Shown one piece after another: positions 37,850 through 47,219 of a DNA stretch of 64,000 nt (positions are counted from its first letter, which is position 1; each line of letters starts with the position of its first letter). The position numbers were made by a program, and so were the translations under genes. The stretch is from Clostridia bacterium (GTDB taxonomy: Bacteria; Bacillota; Clostridia; Oscillospirales; UBA644): assembly GCA_017427285.1 (NCBI GenBank), contig JAFRTE010000035.1, forward strand, positions 6,038 through 70,037, written 5' to 3'. The notes beneath the pieces were generated by a model. That model did no database searches and was not told the origin of the DNA. It saw only the letters and a program-made list of their open reading frames with translations.

Positions 37850-39997
37850 ATGAAAAACAGTTTTAAATTTACAGCGGTATTACTCATTATATCTGTCCTG
37901 TTGGGCATATTGTCCGCAGGATGTTCCGCCGAGCCGAACAGGCCCTTTACGGTAAAAGACCATGCGGCGTCGCAGAGTATCGAAACCATTGAAAATACGG
38001 AGATTACCGAAAACACGGAAACAAACGAAAATACCGGATCTTCTAAAAACGCTGAAAACACCGAAACGGCGGAAAACACAGAGAATACGGAAACATCGGA
38101 AAATACCGAGACAACGGAGAGCGCCGAAAATACCGGCGAGACGGAAAACGGCGGGAAAGAAAATCAGAATCCTTCGGTTTCCACACTCGAAAAAAAGGAT
38201 CTCGATACTTTTGAAAGCGAGCAGGAGCTGCTTGACTTTATAAACGAATACTACACAAGCTACCCTATATATTATGAAGCTGAATACGCCGCCGGCGATA
38301 TGGTGGTTGAGGAAGCCACAGCCGAAACCGCACCCACGGCAGCCGCTTCATCGTATAACGGAATGCAGTCCGACGGTGAGAAGGCCGAAGAGAGAGAAGT
38401 ATCTTCAACAAACCTTGTTGATGAAAACGTTGACGAAGGCGATTACGTTAAAACAGACGGCGATTATATCTATATTATCCGCGATAACGAGCTTATCACG
38501 GTATCCGCAAAAGGAAAGGATACGGAAGTTCTTTCATATTACAAACTCTTTGCTCAGGGCGAGGGCTCCGTTGCCGAAATGTATATAAAAGACGGCAGGG
38601 CGATCGTAATTGCCGAAGTAACTTACTACGAAAAGCCGGATTTTATCTCCGATACGTCTTTCGGCAAGCCCGTTGAGGACGTTGAAGGCGATGAAATGAC
38701 CGACAGCTATTACTACGGCTATTACGGATACGATCCTTACAAATCGTATGTGGCGGTTTATACAATAGATATTTCGGACCGCGAAAAGCCGAAAGAGGAA
38801 TCTCTCGTACTTGCGGAAGGTTATCTTCTGTCCTCGCGCGAAACGAACGGAAAAATCTATCTCGTTGCAAATAAATCGTTCGGTTATTACTACAGAGGCG
38901 ATCCCGTTACAGCGGCGGACGTCCTGCCCGAGGTATACGATACGGAAAACGGTTTTCGCACGGTCGATGCGACAAGCGTTGTCCGTCCGATTTTCGAAAA
39001 CGTATATCCGAACGTTATGACGCTTTGCGTTATAGATTATCTTAACGGCGGAAAAACCGAAACGGTCACTGTCCTCGGCTCCGGCTCGGATATTTACATG
39101 ACCGCAGACAGTCTTTACATATTCAGCGTAATGAGCGACAGCACCTGCGTTGCAAAATACTGCGTAAGCGATACGCTTTCATACGTTGCGTCGGTTAAAG
39201 TACCCGGATATACGGCAACGGATTTTTCCTACAATGAATATAACGGCAAATTCAGGATCGCCACCACAACTTATTCATATAACGACTCCAAAACGTGGAA
39301 CGGCACCGAAAACAACATTTACGTTTTTAACGAAAAACTCGAAAAAATAGGCGAACTTACAGGCCTTGCCCCGCTTGAACGCATTTACTCAGTCCGTTTT
39401 TCGGGCGACGTTGCGTATCTCGTAACTTTCAGACAGGTTGACCCGCTTTTCGTTATCGACATGAGCGAAAACGATCCCAAAGTAATGGGCGAGCTGAAAG
39501 TCCCCGGTTTTTCAACGTATCTTCATCCCGTCGGAGAAGGTCTGTTGCTCGGTATAGGCAAGGAGACGAAAGACAACGAATGGACCGACTATAACGGCAA
39601 CAAATATACGTCCACCTATACGGACGGCGTAAAAATATCGCTTTTCGACGTATCAGATCCGTTTGATCCGCAAGAAAAAGACGTTAAAAACTATATCGGC
39701 GGAGAATATGCAAGTACGGAAGCGTGGGACAATCACAGAGCTTTTGTTTATTCCAACGCAAAAAATACAGGTTACTTTGCAATACAGTCAAACGACGGCA
39801 ACGGATTCGTATGCGTGACCGTGGAAAACGGCAAGCTTATCTGCAAAACCGTATATCCGTCATCGCATTTCAGCTATTATTCCGGAAATTCGAGAATATG
39901 CTACGTTGACGACGTCCTTTATTTCTATCAGTATAACAGAATAACGGTGTTTGACAGAAATACGCTTGAAGAGATCGCTGCAGTTACGGTTAAATAA
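37850..39997 (+). CDS. Beta-propeller domain lipoprotein (Beta_propel family)
   Basis: Lipobox LSAGC; STN..ENVDEGDYVKTDG, GLAPLERIYSVRF, VTFRQVDPLFVID, LKVPGFSTYLHP. Confidence 0.9.
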   Translation: MKNSFKFTAVLLIISVLLGILSAGCSAEPNRPFTVKDHAASQSIETIENTEITENTETNENTGSSKNAENTETAENTENTETSENTETTESAENTGETENGGKENQNPSVSTLEKKDLDTFESEQELLDFINEYYTSYPIYYEAEYAAGDMVVEEATAETAPTAAASSYNGMQSDGEKAEEREVSSTNLVDENVDEGDYVKTDGDYIYIIRDNELITVSAKGKDTEVLSYYKLFAQGEGSVAEMYIKDGRAIVIAEVTYYEKPDFISDTSFGKPVEDVEGDEMTDSYYYGYYGYDPYKSYVAVYTIDISDREKPKEESLVLAEGYLLSSRETNGKIYLVANKSFGYYYRGDPVTAADVLPEVYDTENGFRTVDATSVVRPIFENVYPNVMTLCVIDYLNGGKTETVTVLGSGSDIYMTADSLYIFSVMSDSTCVAKYCVSDTLSYVASVKVPGYTATDFSYNEYNGKFRIATTTYSYNDSKTWNGTENNIYVFNEKLEKIGELTGLAPLERIYSVRFSGDVAYLVTFRQVDPLFVIDMSENDPKVMGELKVPGFSTYLHPVGEGLLLGIGKETKDNEWTDYNGNKYTSTYTDGVKISLFDVSDPFDPQEKDVKNYIGGEYASTEAWDNHRAFVYSNAKNTGYFAIQSNDGNGFVCVTVENGKLICKTVYPSSHFSYYSGNSRICYVDDVLYFYQYNRITVFDRNTLEEIAAVTVK

Positions 39998-40108
39998 ACA
40001 GAAGACCCGAAAATCGGAAATTTACAGAAACATCCCGTTTTGTCGGTTGACAAAACGGGATTTTGTATGATATAATATATCAGAATAATTTTTTATTTAC
40101 GATATATT

Positions 40109-41431
40109 ATGAAAAAAACCGTTGCAGTAATCCTTCTTGCCGTTTTTTTTCTGTCGCTGATGCCTGTCTGCGCTTTCGGTGATGAAACGGAAACGGATCC
40201 CGAAAAAGAGATATTTGACATTGCCTCTCCGTTCGCCGCAATTGTAAATGCGGACACGGGGACGGAGCTTTTTGCGAAAAATGCCGACACCCCTGTTTTC
40301 TGCGCTTTTTTACCGAGGATAATGACCTGCATTATGCTTGTTGAAAGCGGGCTCGATCTTTCAACGGAGATACTTATAACAAAAGAAATGATGGCGGTAT
40401 CTCACGATAAAAGCTCGGCAAACCTCGTTTCGGGGGACAGAATTTCGCTTTACGACCTTTTGAAATGCATACTCGTGGCAAATTCGCAGGAAGCGTGCAT
40501 AGCGGCGGCTGTAACACTTGCGGGCAGCGTTCCCGATTTCATAGTAAATATGAACCTGCGGGCGCGCGAACTTGGGGCGGAAAGCACCGCTTTTACAAAC
40601 GTAACGGGGCAGTATTCCTCTTTAACAAAACAGACGACCACGGCGCACGACATCGTTAAAATCTGTATTCACGCCCTTACGCTTGATTATATCGAAGATC
40701 TTTCCAATTACAGATATATCGATATTACCGTAAACAAGTCTCAGAAAAGCATATATACCCATAATTCGCTTGTGGACCGCAACAGCTCTTATTACAACAA
40801 AAAGGCGTCTGGCCTTGCAATATCGGGAAACAACACGACCGGCTATGCGCTCGTTTCTATTGCCGTTGATAAATCCATGCGTATCGTCTGCTTTGCGCTC
40901 AACTACGACAGTGCGTCTCAGCTTTATGCGGATATGACGGATATGATCAACTTTTCGCTTACGGAATACGCATACAGAACGCTTATTCAGAAAAACGCCC
41001 CCGTCGTTGAAATTCCCGTCGTATTCGGAAAAGAGCGCGATACCGTAACGCTTGTTTCATCGTCAACGATAAGCGCGTCGCTACCGTCGTCAGTGCCCGA
41101 CAGCGATATAGTTGTTGAAAAAAACATCCCTGATAAAGTCGATGCCCCGATTGCTAAAGGGACCGTACTCGGCACGGTAACGTATTCTTATGAAGGACGG
41201 ATATACGGAACCGCCGATCTGATAGCGCAAAGCGATATTTCGCTTGACGTAATAGAATCGTATTCATCCGCTATAAATTCATTTTTCTCAAATAAATATA
41301 TCTGGGCGGCAATAATAACCGTAGTTACCGTTGTTATTTTCTACTCGATCGTTTTATATGTAAAAAACAAGAAGAAAATGCGGCGCAACGAAAGCAGCAA
41401 GCGAAACAGAATTACAAAAATGCCGAGATAA
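40109..41431 (+). CDS. D-alanyl-D-alanine carboxypeptidase (S11/PBP5) homolog, catalytic motifs degenerate
   Basis: Signal peptide, KNAD, MNLRARELG..TAFTNVTG, TTAHD, PBP5_C (APIAKGTVLG), C-terminal TM; SxxK/SxN/KTG absent. Confidence 0.85.
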   Translation: MKKTVAVILLAVFFLSLMPVCAFGDETETDPEKEIFDIASPFAAIVNADTGTELFAKNADTPVFCAFLPRIMTCIMLVESGLDLSTEILITKEMMAVSHDKSSANLVSGDRISLYDLLKCILVANSQEACIAAAVTLAGSVPDFIVNMNLRARELGAESTAFTNVTGQYSSLTKQTTTAHDIVKICIHALTLDYIEDLSNYRYIDITVNKSQKSIYTHNSLVDRNSSYYNKKASGLAISGNNTTGYALVSIAVDKSMRIVCFALNYDSASQLYADMTDMINFSLTEYAYRTLIQKNAPVVEIPVVFGKERDTVTLVSSSTISASLPSSVPDSDIVVEKNIPDKVDAPIAKGTVLGTVTYSYEGRIYGTADLIAQSDISLDVIESYSSAINSFFSNKYIWAAIITVVTVVIFYSIVLYVKNKKKMRRNESSKRNRITKMPR

Positions 41432-41694
41432 AACAAAGATTCGGAAAAGGGATTTTAATTTTGAAACAGTAAACGGCATAGCCGGCAATATGATACAGGT
41501 AAAGCTGAAGAATTCGGATTGGCGATTAACATTATTAATGAATAGGGGATCGTTTGATAACTGAGATTCCTTTGCCATGACTTTGCGTTTTCCGAATTCG
41601 TATTTCATATTCCGCTTTTGTGATTAAACGAGTTTAAACAAAAGGAATAGACAGACTGTCAGAAAAGATATTCTGCGGCAAAGATATTCAAAAA

Positions 41695-41736
41695 AATACC
41701 GGCTGAAAAAAGAAATTCTCTTATTCAGTCGGTATT
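41695..41736. terminator. Intrinsic terminator
   Basis: AATACCGGCTGAA/TTCAGTCGGTATT stem. Confidence 0.65.
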
Positions 41737-41760
41737 ATTCTGTTTTTATATATTATTCCG

Positions 41761-44700
41761 TCAGCCCTGCTGCCTGAAATATGCCACAATGCCTCTGACT
41801 ATCGCGTCTGCCGCTTTTTCCATATTTGCCTCGTCGGTAAACCACTCATAGTCGTAAATATTGCTTAAAAACGCCGTTTCAAAAAGTATGGACGGGAAGT
41901 CGGGGAACATTGAAACCTTGTAATAACCGATTTTATATGAGTTTTTCTTCATTCCCGTTGCGTCCGTAAACTCGTCAAGCATAACTTTTGAGAGCAGTTT
42001 AGAGCTTGTATACGAATAATATGTTACCGTGCCGCTTGAATTGAGCGGGTTTGCCGTTTCGCCGACATAGTTGAAATGTATCGATAAGTTTATATCGGGT
42101 TTCCACGCTCTGTATTCTAGAATAAGCGGATCAAGGTCTTTTTCAAGTTCGCGGTGATGCGTGAGGTAAACCGTAGCGCCGAGTTTTAAAAGCCGTGTTT
42201 CAACAAGGCGTGAAAGCTCGTAGTTCCAGTCCGCCTCAGTCCACTTGATCCGTCCCCACGGACCGAGGGCTCCGCCGTTGAGACTGTGTCCCGGGTCAAG
42301 CGATATTTTTATGCCGTAAAGCGGATAATCGTCGCTGGCGTAAAGCGAAACGGGATTTTTAAACGATATGATCAGCGCGTCGTTTTCAAATGAAGTTGTG
42401 TATCCGAAGATATACAGCTCTTTTTTATAGCTCAGAGTTATTTTTGCCGTTGTAGAATCAACTCTCGATACCGTTGCGTCTTTAAACAGCGGGTTTTCGG
42501 GAAGCGAAAATCCTGCGGGGAGCGCCGAAAGATTGTAAAGCGTGATATCCGCTTTCGTATCGCTCATCCATATCGTATTCATTGTTTTTCCGTCGGTAGG
42601 AATAACGATATTTGTGTATTTTCCGTCCGCGCTCTGCGAAACGGTTATTTTGCCGATCGCCGAGTAGGGGATGGATGTGTTTTCAACGCGTTTTATGTTT
42701 TCGTTAACGGTATAATATCCGCTGCCGAGAAGCGTATTGCCGTCATATTTCGAAACGACCGTATCATAAGCGCCGATCGTGGCGTAAACGTATTCCTCGC
42801 CCGTAACTTTAAGGTCCGGCTTTAACTGAGCGGGGGAATCGCCCGTAAACTCAACTACGTAGCTTTCGGGGGCGTTTATTACCTCGATAACGTTGGTGCC
42901 CTTATGGCGGATCGTGTCATATCCGCTTTTTTCTATTACAAATTCCGGACTTCCGAGCACCGCGTTGCCTTCTATTTCCGGCAAAACGAACGTGCCCGAA
43001 TACCATGCTCGCTTCAGAGAACCGTCAGTTGAGTCTCTGTCGGTAGTGGAAAGATCAACGGTATAATCTCCGATGATTACGTATACGTTCGCTCCCGCGG
43101 TCGCGGTGCAGGCAAAAGTTATCTTTTCGCCGGATTTTTCCGCTCTGTCGTATTTCGGGGCGCATGTGCCCGAAACAAACCCGAACGAAGACATCGTGGT
43201 TATTTCCGAAGACTTGCCCGCGCGTTTTATCAGATAATCTACCGTTTCACCCTTATGCTCGATTGTATAGTGGTTTTCTCCTGTTTTCGGAACCTCCACA
43301 ACGTGTGTGAAATATCCCTTCGGAGAACGCGTAGTAACTTCTTTTCCGTCTATATAAAGGGGATAGTTGGGGTCTGAAACGCCGATTATAAACGTTCTGG
43401 TAGTTGAATTTTCAACGGACAGTGACGAATACGACAGCACAAGCTTGTCGCTTGCCGCCTCAACGCCGGTCTCTCCGTTTTTAAAGTAGGTTTTTGCCGT
43501 ATCCTGAATTCCGGCAAGGTTTTTGGCGATATCTTTGTAGGAAAACAGAACTGCGCCTGAAACGTGAGTTTTCGTTTTTAAATAATTGAGCTGATTCTGT
43601 ATCTCCGACGGCGATTTGTATGCCGCAACGGAAGAACCCTTGTATGCCGCAATACCTATGTAAAGCTTGACTTTTGTTGTTGATACGAGGTCGTCCCACC
43701 AGTCTGCTATCGGCTTGAACGGCGCCGTTGAATGGTCTATCTCCCAATAGATCTGCGGGCAGATATAGTCTATCCACTCGTTTAAGACCCATTTTCTCGT
43801 ATCCGCATAAACCTGATAGTAAGATTCCGAAGAGCTCTTGATATCGGTGCCGAGACTGTTATTCATTTTCAGCGCCCATACGCCGCTCGGGCTTACGCCG
43901 AAAGCGACATTGGGTTTTGCGTTTTTAACGGCTGCGGCGGTCTGAGAGATAAGCGCGTCGTTATTCGATCTTCTCCAGTCCGCAATCGACTGACCTTCTG
44001 TTTTGTATTTTTCGTATTCCGCGCTGTCCGCAAATTTGGAAGCGTCTGTATACGGGTAGAAATAGTCGTCAAAGTGAATACCGTCGATATTGTAATTGTT
44101 TACTATTTCAAGAATTCCGTCTATTATCAGTTTGCGGACTTCCGGAATGCCGGGATTGTAGTATGACGCGCCGTCGGTATGCTTTACGACCCATTCGGGG
44201 TGTATCCTCGCGGGATTTGATTCCGCAAGAAGCGAAAGGTTATGTCCGCCGCTTCCGCTCTGCATTATCCTGTACGGATTTACCCATGCGTGAAGCTCGA
44301 TTCCCTTTGAGTGGGCCGCGGTGATGAAATATTCGAGACAGTCGAGGGGGAGGGGATCGCCCTGCTTTTCAACTATGCAGTCTGAAGACGGGAAAATCGA
44401 CGAAAAGTAAATTGCGTCGCTTTTCGGGCGTACCTGGAGGAATATTGCGTTAAAGCCCCAGTCGGAAGCGTTGTTTACTATCGTGTCTATCTCCGCGCGC
44501 AGCTCTGCGGCGGAGAGTCCCGATTTGGACGGAAAATCTATATTGGAAACAGTAGCTACCCATAAACCTTTCAGCCCATCGCTCGCGGCGCCGATGGTTA
44601 TTTCCGGTATTTCGGGGGTCTCTTGTTCCGCCTGCTTTTCAACGGTTGCGGTGAAAGCGGCAGTATATCCTCCGTCTTCGGTCTGTACCGTTATTAAGGC

Positions 44701-46029
44701 GGTTCCCTCCGCAAGAGCGGTTATCCTTCCGTTTTGGTCAACCGATACGACAGACGGCTCGGAAGACGTAAAAGTAACGTTTTTATTTGCAGCGGCAGAC
44801 GGCGTTACTGACCACGAAAGCGTAAGCGAATCGCCCGTTTTTGCAAATGTATAACTGTCAGGCGAGAAGGAAACGCCCGAAACCGCAACGTTTTGCGGAA
44901 TATCAACTTTGACCTGCAGATCTGCCGTTACCGCCCCGTTTGATGCGAATACGACTATTTTTGCGGTACCGTTTGCAACGGCGGTTACTTTTCCGTTCTG
45001 ATCAACCGTTGCCACTTCGGGATTTTCAGAAACGAAAACCACTGTTTTTTCGGTCGTGTTTTTCGGCGAAAGCGAATATGAAACAGTATACGTCGCGCCC
45101 TTTTCATCAAAGCTTACCGAGCTGTCGGCAAGAGTGATTTTTTCAACGGGAATTACGGCGTCAACCTTTATTTTGCAGATCGCCTGTTTTTTTCTGTTAT
45201 CCGCAACGGCGTATATAGTCGCCTCGCCGTTTCCCACAGGCGTGACTATGCCTGTACCGCCGTCAACGGTGATCGTTGCCACCGATTTATCCGACGTTAT
45301 CCATTCAAGTCCCCGTTCCGTAGTATCTTCGGGCTCCCATACCGGCGTTAAGCGCAGATCTTCGTCAAGCGTAGTAAACGTATATTCCGACACGTCGAAA
45401 TTGACGTCCGTCATCGGTACGTTTACGTCGACGTTTACACTTACAGCGCACGATGCCGTAAAATCTCCCTTTACGGTTCTGGCGGTAATAATTGACGTTC
45501 CGTTTGAAACGGATATAACCGTACCGTTGCTGTCAACAGTTGCCACCGATGGGTTCGACGATGACCACAATAAGTCCGGTTCGCTTGCGTTTTCGGGAAA
45601 TACGCTGCAGTTTAGAGCGTATATTTCGCCGAAATATGTAAACTCGTGTTCGCTCCCGGAAAGAGAAATACCCGTAACGTCAACGTATGTCGTTACGGTT
45701 ATTTTGCATGACGCAATCGCAGTTCCGTCCGCCGAGCGCGCATAGATATACGCCTCGCCGTTATTCACCGCGGTTACAAGTCCGTATTGTGTTACCGCCG
45801 CCACCTTATCGTCCGATGACGACCACTGAAGTTTTCTGTCTGTCGCATCGTCCGGCTTGATTACGGCTGCAAGCTGATATGTCTGACCGGTTTCGGAAAA
45901 CGCATATTCCGTTGTAAGAAACTGAACGGACGTTACCGGAACGGTCTTTTCGAAAAGAGAGCACGATGCCGCCGAAAAAATAAAAAGCAGCAACGTCAAA
46001 AAAAGCAGGGTCAGACTTTTTTTGTTCAT
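41761..46029 (-). CDS. Lipoprotein with five Big_2 domains, GHL10 (YddW/DigH-like) glycosyl hydrolase and C-terminal Amidase_3
   Basis: Lipobox-like AASC; repeated Ig units; GLWVATVSNIDFP, LHAWVNPYR, GIHFDDYFYP, DYICPQIYW; LDPGH..E..N, SIHFN, ILFETAFLSN. Confidence 0.9.
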   Translation of the reverse strand: MNKKSLTLLFLTLLLFIFSAASCSLFEKTVPVTSVQFLTTEYAFSETGQTYQLAAVIKPDDATDRKLQWSSSDDKVAAVTQYGLVTAVNNGEAYIYARSADGTAIASCKITVTTYVDVTGISLSGSEHEFTYFGEIYALNCSVFPENASEPDLLWSSSNPSVATVDSNGTVISVSNGTSIITARTVKGDFTASCAVSVNVDVNVPMTDVNFDVSEYTFTTLDEDLRLTPVWEPEDTTERGLEWITSDKSVATITVDGGTGIVTPVGNGEATIYAVADNRKKQAICKIKVDAVIPVEKITLADSSVSFDEKGATYTVSYSLSPKNTTEKTVVFVSENPEVATVDQNGKVTAVANGTAKIVVFASNGAVTADLQVKVDIPQNVAVSGVSFSPDSYTFAKTGDSLTLSWSVTPSAAANKNVTFTSSEPSVVSVDQNGRITALAEGTALITVQTEDGGYTAAFTATVEKQAEQETPEIPEITIGAASDGLKGLWVATVSNIDFPSKSGLSAAELRAEIDTIVNNASDWGFNAIFLQVRPKSDAIYFSSIFPSSDCIVEKQGDPLPLDCLEYFITAAHSKGIELHAWVNPYRIMQSGSGGHNLSLLAESNPARIHPEWVVKHTDGASYYNPGIPEVRKLIIDGILEIVNNYNIDGIHFDDYFYPYTDASKFADSAEYEKYKTEGQSIADWRRSNNDALISQTAAAVKNAKPNVAFGVSPSGVWALKMNNSLGTDIKSSSESYYQVYADTRKWVLNEWIDYICPQIYWEIDHSTAPFKPIADWWDDLVSTTKVKLYIGIAAYKGSSVAAYKSPSEIQNQLNYLKTKTHVSGAVLFSYKDIAKNLAGIQDTAKTYFKNGETGVEAASDKLVLSYSSLSVENSTTRTFIIGVSDPNYPLYIDGKEVTTRSPKGYFTHVVEVPKTGENHYTIEHKGETVDYLIKRAGKSSEITTMSSFGFVSGTCAPKYDRAEKSGEKITFACTATAGANVYVIIGDYTVDLSTTDRDSTDGSLKRAWYSGTFVLPEIEGNAVLGSPEFVIEKSGYDTIRHKGTNVIEVINAPESYVVEFTGDSPAQLKPDLKVTGEEYVYATIGAYDTVVSKYDGNTLLGSGYYTVNENIKRVENTSIPYSAIGKITVSQSADGKYTNIVIPTDGKTMNTIWMSDTKADITLYNLSALPAGFSLPENPLFKDATVSRVDSTTAKITLSYKKELYIFGYTTSFENDALIISFKNPVSLYASDDYPLYGIKISLDPGHSLNGGALGPWGRIKWTEADWNYELSRLVETRLLKLGATVYLTHHRELEKDLDPLILEYRAWKPDINLSIHFNYVGETANPLNSSGTVTYYSYTSSKLLSKVMLDEFTDATGMKKNSYKIGYYKVSMFPDFPSILFETAFLSNIYDYEWFTDEANMEKAADAIVRGIVAYFRQQG

Positions 46030-46075
46030 GTGTTTTCTCCGTTAGTGTTTTTTATGCGTCAGTGTGTTTTATGTG

Positions 46076-46819
46076 TCAGTTTTTCTTTCTTATGAGTATT
46101 ATCGGGGTGCATTGATCGTCCTGCCCTGCGGGATTGTCTCTTACGATATCCTCAAGGGTGGGAACGTCAATATCAAGGGCGTCGCATTTGCCGAGGAGTT
46201 TAACGGAAATATCGCAGGCGTCAACTATCATACATTTGATCCCGAGTTTTTCGTATATCTCGTTGCATACGCCCGACGGGTTTTCTGGATTGAGAATACC
46301 GTAATTAACGTATTCTTTATACGAAATATCGTAATCGATAAGACCGTCTATTCCGTCTACTTCATGTCCGCAGACCTTGTAAAAAACGCCTTTTATTCCG
46401 AAAAGCTTCGTTACCGCGGAGCAGAAGGTAGCAAGAAGTACCCTCGGAAGTCCGCATATCATTATAATAAGCTGCATTTTATGCGGAGTTCCCGCTCCGG
46501 GACCGGCAGGCGTGACGTGGACGAATTTGCAGAGCAGTTTCGCCCAGAATCCCGGATGTATATCTTTGCGGTAAACGATCCTTTTCTGGCATAGCGCGAT
46601 TATCTTCTCGCTTATGGATATAAAATCGCCCTCTTTAACGAGAGGAAGGGCATATTCCTTTACAACGTCGATATAATCGTCTCCGATATTTACAAAGCGC
46701 GTTTTTATCGCATAACGCTCGTATTCCGTATCTCCGACTTTTCTTACGACCTGCTTGTTTTCATTCGGTTTAAGCTCGGTTACGGCGTTTCCGGCGTTAA
46801 ATTCGGGAGTATCTGTCAT
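46076..46819 (-). CDS. F420-0:gamma-glutamyl ligase (CofE-like) family protein
   Basis: ISEKIIA, IVDACD, DNPAGQDDQCTPI motifs. Confidence 0.8.
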   Translation of the reverse strand: MTDTPEFNAGNAVTELKPNENKQVVRKVGDTEYERYAIKTRFVNIGDDYIDVVKEYALPLVKEGDFISISEKIIALCQKRIVYRKDIHPGFWAKLLCKFVHVTPAGPGAGTPHKMQLIIMICGLPRVLLATFCSAVTKLFGIKGVFYKVCGHEVDGIDGLIDYDISYKEYVNYGILNPENPSGVCNEIYEKLGIKCMIVDACDISVKLLGKCDALDIDVPTLEDIVRDNPAGQDDQCTPIILIRKKN

Positions 46820-46820
46820 T

Positions 46821-47171
46821 TCAGACGATCCTTTCGGGTAGTTTTTTGCCGCCTAACAGGTGGAAATGTATGTGTTTTACAGACTGCGCGCCGTCTTCTC
46901 CGCAATTGTTGATTATTCTGTATCCGTTTTCAAGGCTGAGAGCTTGCGCGGTCTTTTTTATCGCCACAAAAATATCCGCAATGATTTTTGCGTTTTCTTC
47001 GTTTATGTCGTCAGCCGAAGAAAGTATGTGATCCTTTGGAATAAAAACGATGTGAACGGGTGCCTGCGGGGCTATATCCCTGAAAGCGAGAACGTTTTCG
47101 TCTTCATACACCTTTGCGGACGGGATCTCGCCCGCGGCGATTTTGCAGAATATGCAGTCGTCTTTTTTCAT
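46821..47171 (-). CDS. Histidine triad nucleotide-binding protein
   Basis: CIFCKI, QSVKHIHFHLLGG. Confidence 0.95.
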   Translation of the reverse strand: MKKDDCIFCKIAAGEIPSAKVYEDENVLAFRDIAPQAPVHIVFIPKDHILSSADDINEENAKIIADIFVAIKKTAQALSLENGYRIINNCGEDGAQSVKHIHFHLLGGKKLPERIV

Positions 47172-47219
47172 GTTTGCTCCTTCCTTAACCGTTAGTGCTG
47201 TTTTGATTCAGGTAATAAA

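Noticed and set aside
41354-41608. 84-aa minus-strand ORF in the convergent gap
   Set aside because: Overlaps the pseudo-PBP 3' end, lies past the terminator, no recognisable motif
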